A stretch of DNA of 64,000 bases from Rotaria socialis (GCA_905331295.1 CAJNYD010000449.1:248001-312000), one strand, 5' to 3'. Numbered from the stretch's first letter, positions 26,130-39,654 are shown. A program made the numbers and translations. Notes: generated by a model from the letters alone, not told the origin.

Positions 26130-27164
26130 TTCCTTAAAATCAATTTTTATTTAGGTAAGTACAAAGGGAGAATTGCTACATTTTTTTTTTCATTGACGTA
26201 TATGTCACTAGTCTATTATGTTGTCTAGATTTACTCTTCACAAGTTTTATATATCATGCTCGTGACATTGTAATTGCAGTATGATTATTTAATGATAATT
26301 TTTTTAAAGTTTTTGGTGTAAAAGTGTACGTGTGAATATTAACCAAAGAAGATTTTTTTAAAGAGAGAGACGAATATTTTTCAAAATCAAAATGTAAAGG
26401 TTCAAATTAATTTTTGAAAAAAATACAAAGAAATAGTGCCATTATGATCGGTTCACTTTGTTTAATTTTAAGAAAATACTCTCTCGAGTATTTTTACGAA
26501 CATCATAAACCTAAGTTTAACTGAAATTTTGTTTTTTGATGCATCAAATTATATATTGAAGAATAGAAACAACTTTTTTATTATGGCAGATTATACTTCT
26601 TAATCCATCATTGACAACGGAAATTAAAAATACAAATATATATTTNTTCCTTAAAATCAATTTTTATTTAGGTAAGTACAAAGGGAGAATTGCTACATTT
26701 TTTTTTTCATTGACGTATATGTCACTAGTCTATTATGTTGTCTAGATTTACTCTTCACACGTTTTATATATCATGCTCGTGACATTGTAATTGCAGTATG
26801 ATTATTTAATGATAATTTTTTTAAAGTTTTTGGTGTAAAAGTGTACGTGTGAATATTAATCAAAGAAGATTTTTTTAAAGAGAGAGACACGAATATTTTT
26901 CAAAATCAAAATGTAAAGGTTCAAATTAATTTTTGAAAAAAATACAAAGAAATAGTGCCATTATGATAGGTTCACTTTGTTTAATTTTAAGAAAATACTC
27001 TCTCGAGTATTTTTACGAACATCATAAACTTAAGTTTAACTGAAATTTTGTTTTTTGATGCATCAAATTATATATTGAAGAATAAAAACAACTTTTTTAT
27101 TATGGCAGATTATACTTCTTAATCCATCATTGACAACGGAAATTAAAAATACAAATATATATTT
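26130..27164. repeat. ~516-bp near-identical direct duplication flanking an N (probable scaffold-gap/haplotype overlap)
   Basis: 26130-26645 repeats at 26647-27164 with the only N at 26646 exactly between the copies; about 5 substitutions and one 2-bp indel. Confidence 0.9.
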
Positions 27165-28435
27165 CAAGTTGAATACTTAGAAGAGATTTGGATTCAGTTT
27201 TTTAAATATAATATACATTATCAATACTAACTTCAACTCATATTAAATGAACGGTGTAATGCAATATATTTTCATATAAAGCGCTTCTTGATTTTTGTTA
27301 GCAAGTCTAAATTCAACTGATTTTAAAGTTAAAATTAGTTATCATTGTACATATTTTGTAATGCATGTTATCGTAACATAGGTAGATTAAAAGCGACGGT
27401 TTAAAAATTGAATGACTCTATCAAACATGTAAGATGTATACTGAAGTATTTTCTACTCAAACACTTCTAACCACATTATGATGCTAGTGTTGATCTGCTC
27501 CATGTCATATTTCAAAGTGTTATTACAGAAATAGAAGTGTTTATTTTTAGTTTGAACGTAATAGAAGATACAATGACAGATGCACTTTCGCTATAAAACG
27601 ATGGGAAATTTTAATGAAAAAATATTTTTTTATTTGATTTTTGTTAAATCTCAATCAATGTTTTCAAATCTAGATAGTTATATTATTAGCGACTTGATTT
27701 TTCTGATATTCTACCAATGAGTCGTTTACAAGAACGTTTCTCAGAGTAGGAAAATATGAACAAGATGAAAAGTTGTCACATTTTCAAACATCTTGTCTGA
27801 GAAAAAAATACAAAACACAGCGTAAATCCTAACAAAACAAAACATATAAGAATCAGGTATATTTTGTGCGATTTGTGTGATGTTGTAAAATTTTTTACAG
27901 AAGGTTTTAGTGGCTACAACAGCTCTTCATCGCATCGAATTAATCTTTTAACATTACAAAACACCGTTCAAACATATATTATTGTTAGGTTTCTTATCAT
28001 CAACTTAAAGCTACAACCTCGTCGGTAAAAAGAATAACACATAATATGATACAGTAGACAAAATTCAGTTTAGTTTTAGAGATTTGCTTTAGTTTCAAAT
28101 CTTCACAGAAAGCAGTAGATCATAATTATATACGTATTATGAAATATTATCTATAAACTGGTAAAATATGTCGTTATAGTTTTTATTTATTTTACAAAAC
28201 AAATATTTAAGTATTAATAATCTGAAATTTAAAGTTGTAATCAAATGAAATAATATCAAAATATTCATATTGAAATCATTTGGCGTGTTCGTGATCCAAA
28301 GAAAACAACGTTTAGAAATCAAATTGAATGCTGTTCTATTGGATTTCACTTTCTACATATTTATTGTTTAAATTTTATGATTCATCAACCATAGCTTGAA
28401 TACAAAAACCAATGAAAATGTCAAAATTTATCTAT

Positions 28436-29907
28436 CTATTTATGACTTCCATGACGGTAAAATCGTGTTGGATCACATTGTTTTAAAAACGGTGACATTT
28501 CACCTTTCAAAATCAATTGAGTTAATTGTGCACCCGTAGCTAAACTATTTAAAATTCCCCAACAGCTATGACCCTAAAAACAATATAAATAAAAATAAAA
28601 CCAAGAATAAATCTATTAAATTGAATTATTTACCGCTGCTATGTAAACATTATTTAACCCATGAAGACGTCCAATTAATGGATTTCCATCACGTGATTGT
28701 GGCAAGTAACAAGCTTGTTTTATTTCGACATTAGAATCTTTTAATGTTGATGCTACTTGAACTGCTATTTGACGCAGCCGTTCACAATTATTTTCATTAA
28801 TCGATACTGAATTACCACTGTCAGGCAAGTTTTGTGTATGTTCTTCTGAAAATCCACATACATAAATATCACCATCTAAACAAGCGATATATATATATAT
28901 ATTCTTTAATTTGATAACACAAAATATCTACTGAGACAATCAAAAACATACTTGGCCGCGGATAAATTTCAGGATCTAATACATTACCATCATGTGATTG
29001 ATAGGCGAGAAAAAATGCATAAGGTTCTGTTGGTTGATTATTTTTCAATACTATACTATGTGCTTTGACTCCACCAATAACATCTAATTGATGAGAAATA
29101 TTTTCTTTAAATACAATTGCATCTCGAAACCAAGGTGCTGCTTGATCTAGATTAATTTTCTAAATTGATACAATGACAAAGAAGATAATGTCTACTCACA
29201 TGTCCATGGTCCCATGGCAAGTATAAATATATCAGCTTCAATAGGTTCTTGATCTTCAATTAATACTTTAATAGCTCGAACAGGTGATGTTTGATGATGT
29301 TCATCTTTTTCTGTATGAGTTGTTATAGTTTCAAAAAGAAATCCATTTGCTGCACCAATAATAACACGTCCACCTCGACTTTCTATAATTTTTACCAAAG
29401 CATTTGTTAATAATCTAAAATGAAGTCATTAATATTTACGTTGATATATAATCTATTTAATTATTTAATTTAAACGTACCCCGGATGAACTTGTGCTGTT
29501 GTATCTTCATTTCCTAACATTTCTTTTTCATGAACATTAGCAGTAATCCAATCCGGTAATGATTGTTTATCACCAGTATGTTTACTGGTATTTATTTTAT
29601 CATTATTTTCATTTATCGATATATTAAATGTTGTCAAACGACGATACATAACATCTGTAGAAAAGTCGTCCTTTAGACGTTGAGCAAGCTCAGCATGTGC
29701 TAAAAAGCTTGACTCAGAAAATTTTCCTTCTGCACCTGAACGCCAATTTTTTGCAAGAAATCCTCCTGCACGTCCACTAGCACCACAAGCAATATTTGTT
29801 CGTTCAACAATAGTTATATTAGAACATCCAGCTTCGGATAAATGAAAACCAATCGAAGCACCAATAATCCCACCACCTATTATACAAATACGAATTGGAT
29901 TCGCCAT
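28436..29907 (-). CDS. FAD-dependent oxidoreductase, DAO superfamily, TDA3-like
   Basis: Exons 29907-29480, 29414-29200, 29146-~28952, 28875-~28634, 28573-28436. IIGGGIIG FAD motif, ACGASGRAGGFLA, TAQVHP, LAMGPWT, KAHSIVL, DPEIYPRP, QACYLP, GHSCWGILN. Confidence 0.85.
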
Positions 29908-30132
29908 TTTATATGAAAAAACAATATTCGTTTGATAAAAAGTGTCCGAATCGAATTTCAACTATAATTACACTCTGCACTCATGCATTCACAGTAAAAA
30001 CCAATAGGAGATGGACTTTATCCATGTGAGATGCCGCAAGTAGTATTAAAAGATAATATATTATAATATAGACAATCACATTTTTAACTCGTAGTAAATT
30101 AACGATAAACAAATATAAGTATTTTCGTAAAT

Positions 30133-31356
30133 ATGTCTAAAAAAATAGCGACTGATATTATAGTATCTCAAGTGAATACAAATAATTCACAATCATCACG
30201 AATTTTAATGAACATCGAAGATTATCATCAAGCAGCAAAAGAAAAACTTTCGAAAATGGCTTATGATTATTATCGTTCAGGTGCTGATGATGAAATAACT
30301 TTACAAGAAAATACAGCTGCTTTTCGACGTATTAAATTACGTCCAAAAGTTTTTGTCGATGTTTCTCATCATAGTACAGATTCAAATAGCTGTTCTGTTA
30401 GTTTATTAAATGGTCAAACGACTTGTTCTTTTCCTGTTTTAATTGCACCCACAGCGATGCATCGATTAGCTGATGATCGTGGTGAATTAAGTACTGCACG
30501 TGCAGCTGTTCGTGCTGGTACAGTAATGATGCTTTCTACATTATCAACAACACGTATTGAAGATGTTGCACATGAACATCAACAAGCATTAAAAGAATAT
30601 CCAACATCAACATCTCAATTATGGTTTCAATTGTATATTCTTAAAGATCGTGAATTTACTAAGCGACTTGTTCAGCGTGCTGAAAATGCTGGCTTTCGTG
30701 CTCTTGTTCTTACTGTTGATGCATCTCGTTTTGGTAATCGTGAAGCAGATCATCGAAATGGATTTCGTCTACCTGATAATATGCAATTAGAAAATTTATA
30801 TGATGCTGGTTTGAAAGAAGCACAAAGCGATCATGTATCAGCACTAAATGATTATGTTGCAAAAAATCTTGATGCATCATTAACATGGTCGGACATTAAA
30901 TGGTTACGACAAATAAGTCGATTGCCTATTATTGTGAAAGGTATAATGACTGGTGAAGATGCTCAATTAGCTGTTCAGGCTGGCGTTGATGGAATAGTCG
31001 TATCAAATCATGGTGCTCGACAAATTGATACAACATATACGACAATTGAAGTTTTACCTGAAATTGTTGCTGCTGTTCGAGGAATGCATAACAAGAAAAA
31101 AGTTGATATTTATATAGATGGTGGAATTCGACGTGGAACAGATGTTCTTAAGGCAATAGCTCTGGGAGCAGATGCTGTACTTATTGGTCGGCCTGTTCTT
31201 TGGGGTCTTGCAGTAGGTGGATGTCAAGGCGTTGTTAATATACTTGAAATATTAAAGCGTGAATTTAAGCTTACAGTAATGTTATGTGGATGTGCATCTT
31301 TACCCAATAGCAATACGCCTTTGTCTATCGTTCAGATGCCAAAATCGAAGCTCTAA
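30133..31356 (+). CDS. FMN-dependent (S)-2-hydroxy-acid oxidase (glycolate/lactate oxidase family), peroxisomal, intronless
   Basis: Single 407-aa ORF: YDYYRSGA, IAPTA, WFQLY, LTVD, IVKG, SNHGARQ, DGGIRRGTD, GRP; ends in PTS1 -SKL. Confidence 0.93.
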   Translation: MSKKIATDIIVSQVNTNNSQSSRILMNIEDYHQAAKEKLSKMAYDYYRSGADDEITLQENTAAFRRIKLRPKVFVDVSHHSTDSNSCSVSLLNGQTTCSFPVLIAPTAMHRLADDRGELSTARAAVRAGTVMMLSTLSTTRIEDVAHEHQQALKEYPTSTSQLWFQLYILKDREFTKRLVQRAENAGFRALVLTVDASRFGNREADHRNGFRLPDNMQLENLYDAGLKEAQSDHVSALNDYVAKNLDASLTWSDIKWLRQISRLPIIVKGIMTGEDAQLAVQAGVDGIVVSNHGARQIDTTYTTIEVLPEIVAAVRGMHNKKKVDIYIDGGIRRGTDVLKAIALGADAVLIGRPVLWGLAVGGCQGVVNILEILKREFKLTVMLCGCASLPNSNTPLSIVQMPKSKL

Positions 31357-32394
31357 CATTGAGAAACTAATTAAAAAAGATGTTATGATAACTATCGTTA
31401 CTGATTAGGAAGACATTTTGAGAGAAAAAATTTGAAACTATTATTTATAATTTATCTTACAAGTAATCATAACTTCATTAATTATCTATCCTTTTTTGCT
31501 CTATTCAGGTGATGGGTGCGTCATTTTTTTAGTAATTTTCTTTGTTTTTAAATGAATGCTTTCATGATTAATAGATAAGATACTTAATGAATAGGATTCA
31601 AACTATTTTTGTTGACTTATATATTGAAACGTAAAGTGAAGTAAGCATTTGAATACTGATTGTATATTTATGGAGTAATACGAAGAAATAATTTGTATGA
31701 TACAAATACAAAATTTAGCCTATATGAATTTTATTGCGATGGATAAGATAGAAATATATTATGTCAAGAGACTAATTATTTTTAATGTTTCGCACAATGG
31801 CTATTTTCATACTATTCAATGTTGACCAATATAACTATCGTTCTAGTTATGATAATGTTAAATATATCAATTTATTCCAAAATCTACAAGAAAAAGTTTC
31901 AACAAGTTAGAATAATACCAAATGCTGTAAAGAAGATTAAACATATATATATATATTATCTTTTAAATGAATTAAATTTGGATTCAATAGAAAATGGCAT
32001 TCCATTTCCAAATCATATTGTGATTATTTAAAGATCAGTTGTATTTTCTGTGTATAATACAAAAACATATTTTTTAAAGCTATTCCATATGAAATTCTTC
32101 TGGACTTTTGGCACTTTATTAACATCGTATGATTATAATAGTATGTTGTCAATACTTGATAATTTTAGTGATACCTCTTGGACATATTCGAGAGAACTTA
32201 CCCATGCATACATATCCTAAGAAGCATGACTGGTAAGAACTACAATTTTATTATATAACTCCGATAGTATGTGCGAACATTTTCAGCTACATAAATTTTT
32301 CTCAGTTAGTAGACTCTACGGAACATAGTCAATTTTTTGCAGACTAACGAAACGATTTTACAGTGATTTATAAAGTAATTCAATACTGATTGTT

Positions 32395-33329
32395 TTATTT
32401 GATTATTAGTAAATTGTTTTTTTTCATATATTCAACTATAGCACGTGCAACATTCTGTGCATTCATTAGTTTATTTTTCCCAGTACGAATATCACGAGAT
32501 AATTCTATTTGAATTGCATTAATTCTTGGCGAATACTTCTGTATAGTATAACCGCCAGAAAAGAATCTACGAGATTCTGGTTTAGGATTTGCCCATGATG
32601 GATAAGCAACACCTAATCCGTATCGTTCAAATACTGATCCAAATGATGTTTGACCACGAATAGCTTCATTTCGATTTGATCCACATAATGATTCAATAGA
32701 TGTTCTAAATGATGAACCTGATAAATCATTTCGATTTAATTGATCACTTGATAGCATATACCCAATCATCGAATAACTTGAAAATGAAAAACAAAATGTT
32801 TATCAAAAACAGAAATATATATATTTTTTTTGTTCAACCCTTTATACACTTACTTTCCTTGAGCATGTCCATGAATATCAACAAGAAGACCTTTACCAAA
32901 AGAATGATTTACTTGATTAACTGCATTATTTAAATTCATATGATAATTTTCATATGCAGGTATGACTTCAGAATGATTTAATGTAGCTTCAAGAATTTCT
33001 CGATTGAAATCGACTTTTTTACGATGCCATTGCCCAATAATAATAAAAGGTTTTAAATTTCCCTTTCTATTCAATTCATTTGCTATATTCTCAGTAAATT
33101 CATCTGTACGACTATCTTTTACTACAGTTATTTTGCCACGCTGTTCATCATGGCAATTGTCATTTATATGTGACGATCGATTGTCAACAATGTATGTTCG
33201 ATCGGGTACATTATCAAGCATTAAACTTCCACCATGTGGTGCTGAAAGAATAATGTTAACATTTCCATTGAAATGATATTTGCAACATGATCGATATCCA
33301 TCAATGTATTCAAATTTTTCTTGCTCCAT
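32395..33329 (-). CDS. N-formylglutamate amidohydrolase-like (metal-dependent hydrolase fold) protein
   Basis: Exons 33329-32854 and 32776-32395. Motifs LSAPHGG, DSRTD, HRKKVDFNR, YH, LVDIHGH, FFSGGYT, NAIQIEL. Confidence 0.72.
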
Positions 33330-33651
33330 TTATTGAACAACACAGTAATAATATAGCGTATAAGAAAAAAAGAGAAGAAAAGTATTATTTCATACTTTTA
33401 AAATATCTATAAACATTTATTCAAAAACAATCGAATAAAACTTCTAATTTGTTAGAAATAATATTTTAAATGACTAAAACTTGGGGTTCAACTATTCCCT
33501 AATAGTATTTATAATTCCAGTGACCGATTTTCATATATAAATAGAAAAGAGAAAATAGAATATTCAAATATTTGTATTCGATGGAAAGAAAAACAAAAGA
33601 TCTGTATGAAAACATAACAAACAAAAAAAACTTTTAATTTTATCTTGTATA

Positions 33652-36600
33652 TCAATAGGAAATGTCTTTGTCATCGTCTGCTTGTACCAATGTTCGAATA
33701 TCAATACGTTTTATTCTTCGAGCATTTTTGGCTAAATCAGTTGTCGCTTCAACCATGTCTTGTAAAGAATACGATAATGTATGAAATGCTAAAATGTCAC
33801 CAATTGATTGTATTGATACTAGTTCTGTACGAATAAAATGATTATTAGCATAAAGAAATTCTATTAATGATACTAGCATCATATCAACAGCAATACGCAA
33901 TGATGGCAATGGCGGATTCACTTTCTGTTGATTTATTTTACAACAAGGAAATAAATTATAACTACTTTTCGAGAGTGCATGAAATTCATGTTGTGTATCA
34001 GAGTTAAGTGGTACATGACAATTTGAAGGATTTATTGGAGAGTTTTCTTTTTGTTCTTCATGCGATAAATCTTCGTGACACAATCGATGCAATTCAAATG
34101 AACCAACATCTACAGTTGCTTGATTTTCAATTAATTGTTTTGCTAATAATATAACCTGTTGAATATTTGTTTCAAGTGTAGAAATATGTTGAAGAACTAG
34201 TTCATATGATTTGTTATTTGCAAGTCGAAGTGACGTTGATGAACTATTTGGTCGTAAGGATTGCTTTTGAAATAATATTCGTGAATGTGGATCATTTGTC
34301 ATGAATATTGATAGTGGAATATCAAGATCATTTTGTACTTGTTTCTGTTTACGTAATTCATCCCTGGTCCATGTATAATATCGTGTGGCATCATTAGTAT
34401 TGAAAGAAGAAATAACACTGGCTCGACGAAGCTGCCATCTAAAAGCAATTTAGAATTAAATAAAAATTTAGTGTAAACAAGGGACCGAAAATCATCAAAT
34501 TTGTCTTGTTTTTTCATATCTTTTGATTGATATTAGTTTATTTTAGAATGAATTCTAGAAAAATTTATAGCTAAAAGGAATGCTTTCAAATATAGACGCC
34601 ATATTGCGTTATAGTTTGTGCTAAGTTATTTAGTGAACAATCAAAAGTAAGTTGCCACACTGATTTGAACTAGCTTTATACTATTTCATCATTAGGAAGG
34701 ATAAGAAAGAATATGTTTTTTTCAATTATCTTATGATATCGAATGTTGTCAAGCAGTAGTTTAGAATAGTTTGATATTTTCTACAGAACTACTATCGGGT
34801 GTAGAACTCTGGATAGAATATTACTCTGATGCCACATTTTCGCTATCGAGAAATTGAACTCTTCATAAACACCAAATGACCACATTTTAATCACGAGATA
34901 ATTAGCATACTACTAGTAGGATGGTAAAACATAAATGACTATCAGTAATTGATACACAGTCATTTTGATGGCTACTGATGCTGAGCTGCGCATATAGTGT
35001 CTTGTAGATAAATATCGAATCTCACAGTTACTAAATCATAATACCTTGCGTTAATAGATTGAATTGAATTGAAATTTTTGTTAAAAGCCTCTGTAAAATA
35101 CTAAAATCATTTTACAATTTTACTAATTGTAAAAAATAAAATTTACATGTTTACACATTGATGAAGTGCACACAGTCGATAAATTTATCTGTTGAACAAT
35201 TTCGTTAGAAAAACACGTTCCATTGTCTATCAAAACAATGACAATGGCTGAATAGTTTTCAATATACATGTGTACTATAAGACTTTAATGTTACGTGTAG
35301 AGAATAAAAGACTTACCTAGCTTCTAATGCAAAATGTAATTTTGTTTCTGCTTTAAGTATTGTTGTACATCGATGAACAAAACGAATATTACGAACAATA
35401 CGATGTAATGTTTTCGAAATATCATCATAACGATCTTTAACTTCTATAAATGGACTTTTCCAAAAATTTGGTTCACTAAGAGCTTCTTCGAGTAAAGCTG
35501 GAAAAGCACCTACAATCGTTTCTGTTGCTGCTAATGTGTTCATTAAATTGAATGGCGTTTTATCTGGTGATGTTGTTTGTTGACCTATTAAAAGTGCACT
35601 TGTTGTTGATAATAGTTGTGGTCGTGATGGTCCAATAAATAAACAAAAATCATCGCAAGCTGATTTCAATGCAGCAGATACGTTGTTAATCATCGTTATT
35701 ACCTTAAAAATATTTAAAAAAAACAATGATAATCCATTTTAACAGAATTAATATAAAAAAATCTGATTTACTCGTTTTTTAGCTAATTTTCGAGCTGAAA
35801 TAGGTACAAGTAGATTGGAAATGAAAACATGTATAAATATGCCTAAAAAAGTTAAACTTGTTCGTGCCAAAACTGCTTTGTTAGGCCCTTCGAATCCTTC
35901 TTGATTGGAAAGAAATGTTATTATCGAAGCTGATTGCCCACATACAACAGCAAAATATTCCTTTTGTGCATCAGTTTTAATATAACCCATAAAAGCAACA
36001 AATAATGATATACAAATTCCAATAGCAAGTCGACTACGTGAAACAAGAACAATAATATAAGCATATGTTGAGCCAAGTAAAACAGCTACTAGACGTTGAA
36101 ATGATAAACGAATAGTACCGCCTTCTGAAGAATCTGAAACAAGGGCTGTTGTCATTGGTGCCCAATATACCCAACTTTGTGCTTGCAGACGTTCACGAAA
36201 TGTCAATGCAACAATAGCCGACACAAGTACACTCAAACTTGTTTTAGTAGCACGTAGAAATTTACCAACCGACGGTCGTAAACCAATATAATTAACTACA
36301 CCAAATAATATATCGTTCCACTTAAAAGTTTCTGTTTTCATAGAAGAAGATTCCATCGTTTGTTCAAAACCAATGTCCAGACAAGTACCTGGTGTTTCGC
36401 TAGTTTCAGCAGCTGTTATAGTTACATGAACGAGACGTAATACAAGTAGAAGAAATGTATTTAAACTGATTGAATCTGTATTGGACATATTTAAATTCTT
36501 TGGATCTTCACGTACTTGAGCATAGGTTTCAAAAAAATCTTCTAGTGCTGCTTCAACTTTTAATCTGCATGATATAATTTTTTCAGTATTCGTATGACTA

Positions 36601-39517
36601 GTATAATGTATTGTATATGGCAATGTAGCTTCCAAAAAATTAAATGTTGTATCAATAAGAATACATATTGCCTAAATGAATAGAGTCTATTTTAAAATAT
36701 TCTCTTCTCAATTCTATGAATCAATGTAAAGAATATCTTAGAAGTATTGCTATAATCGAAGTCCGAATGACAGTGAAATGTAACTATTGTGAAATTTATT
36801 CATTATTATGAGAACACTATAAACAGGTATGAATATGTTTCTAATCGATTCGTAAATTAGTACTCATCAGCTGTACACACAGGTATGATGTATAGAATTC
36901 ATGATTTAAAGATAGCGATGACTAAATAGTTGTTATTGTCTATATATTAATCATTTCAATACTAGAATAATCTAAGTTTAAAATATTTCTCGATATCCTG
37001 ATCTTACCTTTAGCAAACAGAAATTTCTATTTCATATCTTAAAACAAATGCTATTGATTCGATTGCGAAGCTTTCATTTCGATTTTGAACGAATCTAGTT
37101 TGATTTTCTATTTTAACAATCATTATGATTGAAAATAGTAATGTTTATTACGTATATCGACAGAGAAAAACAACGCTCGGCGAAAGACATCAATGCAATA
37201 CTTCATATCGTATAAAAAAATGAATCGGTCATCAGACATAAAGTGAAGTTCTCGAAGTCTATACTAAAATTACAATTAGATATATGAATAATTAAATAAT
37301 TAGGACAAAGGTTTCAGTGATCAAACTGAGATTTCAATGCAAATATTGTTTGTAAAATAAGGTATACTGTACGTAAAATATTATCTTAATACTCATACTA
37401 CACTATACTCTACTCGTGCTTGATTTAACAATTAACAATTTAATAAATATATTAATTATTAGTCCATCTAGGATAAAATAGAAACATTATAGTAGTTCAA
37501 CATCGAAATAGTAGCATTTCAAGTCTTTTTAAAGTTCGCTATAAACTAAATTGTAATTACAGTAGATATTTTGTTTCATATCATCACATGGTGTGTGACA
37601 ATAAAAACGTGATTAGTTGATATTATAACATAGTATGACCATTGACTAAATATCTGTTAATTCTTGCGTTTATGACACCTTTACGATCGGTTAGAATGCT
37701 AGCGTACAGCAGCATTCAATATGAGATGCAAAAAATAGCTTTCTAACTAAAAGAATGTAGACTACATGCTGGAAGAACTTTATAAAAATTATAATTCTAA
37801 AAACATTTCAGCATACATTTTCTAGTGATTCTCACTATGCATAAAAGAATAACAATAGTAAATGACATATACAAGTCGACTGGCAAAGCATGTGCTTTAT
37901 TATTTTTAAACCTAAGAAAGTTCTTTTTAAGAATTTCAAATATATTCTAATTACTAGATTTATTAGAAATTCTTTTAATAATCATTTCTAGTGTTTACTC
38001 CTGAATATAATATTCATTTTGATGTTTATACGTATCACATTTCATACATATTAGTCAGCATTCGTTAAAACTTCTGAATTCAGACTTTCGTATCAATGTC
38101 ACTATAACACATCGCAAAGTATGTTAAGAAAGTCTCGATTCAATACTTTGAATACGTATATTTGTTAAGTTTTATTCTCGTTAATACAGTGCGGTAAGTG
38201 AAGAAAGCTCTACTAGATCACTAGTATAGATCTTAACCGTATGATTATATAAAAATATGAATATTAATTATAGATCTATTCATGAAATCATAATTTCTGA
38301 GAAAGGATAGCCTAGGAAATAGATATAAAATAATTTTACGTTAATTAATTTCCGTTGGCCAACAAACGCATGATGATGACGATTCAATGATAGCATGCCA
38401 CTTATTATTCTTTGCAATGAAACAAAACCAGTTGCCCAAACTTCTAAACGTGATTGAAGCGTTGATGGTTTCTTGATAAACTTTTTCAAAAATGGAATAC
38501 AACGAAGGAGCTTCCGTACTAAATTTAATAATTTCAATGATATAAAATATGGTTCAAATGGAATTTCTGTTAAAGCACGTTCCATCTGTTTTAATTCGTC
38601 TTGAACAAGTGAATATAAATCTTGTATGTCACTTTCAAGTAAATGATCATCTTTAAGATTTTCAAATGATGCTGAACGATTATAAGGATCATCTTCGTGA
38701 TAAGAATTTTTTGGTAACTCAATTTTGTCTTCATCAATTGTATTGCTTTCAGATGTTTTTTCATTTAGTTTATCATGATAATCATAAGTTAAATGCACAT
38801 TATGATATTCTGATATAAGTAGAACAATTGCTGTAATTTCACGTCGTATTTGACGAGCAATAAATCTCATGCGAATTGTTAACTCACGATGCGCAGTTGG
38901 AATGGCAGGTAAAGGAATGCATGATGAAAGGAGAGCGATTGCACCACCTATTGGTAGTGATGCCCAGCTTTGCAGTACATAGGATGTATTTATTTGAGAT
39001 TTATCTTTATCAAACCATTGCAAAAGTATAATGCACGTTGGTAGAATCGAAAAACGACGAACAATTTGTGGTAAATCTGTGTAAACCATGAGAAAAACAA
39101 AGACATTAGTAGCACCAACAGCAAAATAAACATCTCTTGGTAGATAATTAATAATAAGTACACAATAAGTTGCAGCAATAGCACCAGCAAAAAAAAGTCG
39201 ACTACTTGCTTGAATGGTTGCGCCAAGTGTACTTTTTAAGGCAATAATAAAACCGAGACCTAAAAGAATTTGACCTTGAATTGACTTTGAAGTTACAGGA
39301 ACAAGGGCTAGTAAAGCACAACACTATAATTAGAAGAAGAACACACACACACACACACACACACAAATATATATATGACATCGTTTCATTATAAGCTTAC
39401 AGCAATGCCAATTAGATTTCTTAGAGCAAAAATTATTCTAGCAGAAAACGATGGTAACAATGGATACCAACAAGTACAACGTGATGTGTATTGACCAGAT
39501 TGTTTCCAAGATGCCAT
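33652..39517 (-). CDS. FUSC / aromatic-acid-exporter (ArAE/ALMT-like) membrane protein, ~1057 aa with two membrane domains
   Basis: Exons 39517-39401, 39323-38340, 36671-35772, 35702-35317, 34438-33652 join in frame. N-terminal TM bundle (STLGATIQ) and a second bundle WVYWAPMTTALVSDSSEGGTIRLSFQRLVAVLLGS...LARTSLTFLG...LVPISAR matching the FUSC_2-type pattern. Confidence 0.75.
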
Positions 39518-39654
39518 TGCAAAATGTATTATAATTATATCATTTAGGAGTTTGATCTACAATATATGGGAATAGGTATTGATAGAACCATCGACCCTTT
39601 AGATCGTTTCTAACAAAATCAATGAAAACAAAATTTTTTTCATTCTGTTTTTCT

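Noticed and set aside
29976..29982. TGCACTC metal-response-element-like heptamer in the bidirectional promoter
   Set aside because: A single 7-mer is expected by chance; no clustering.
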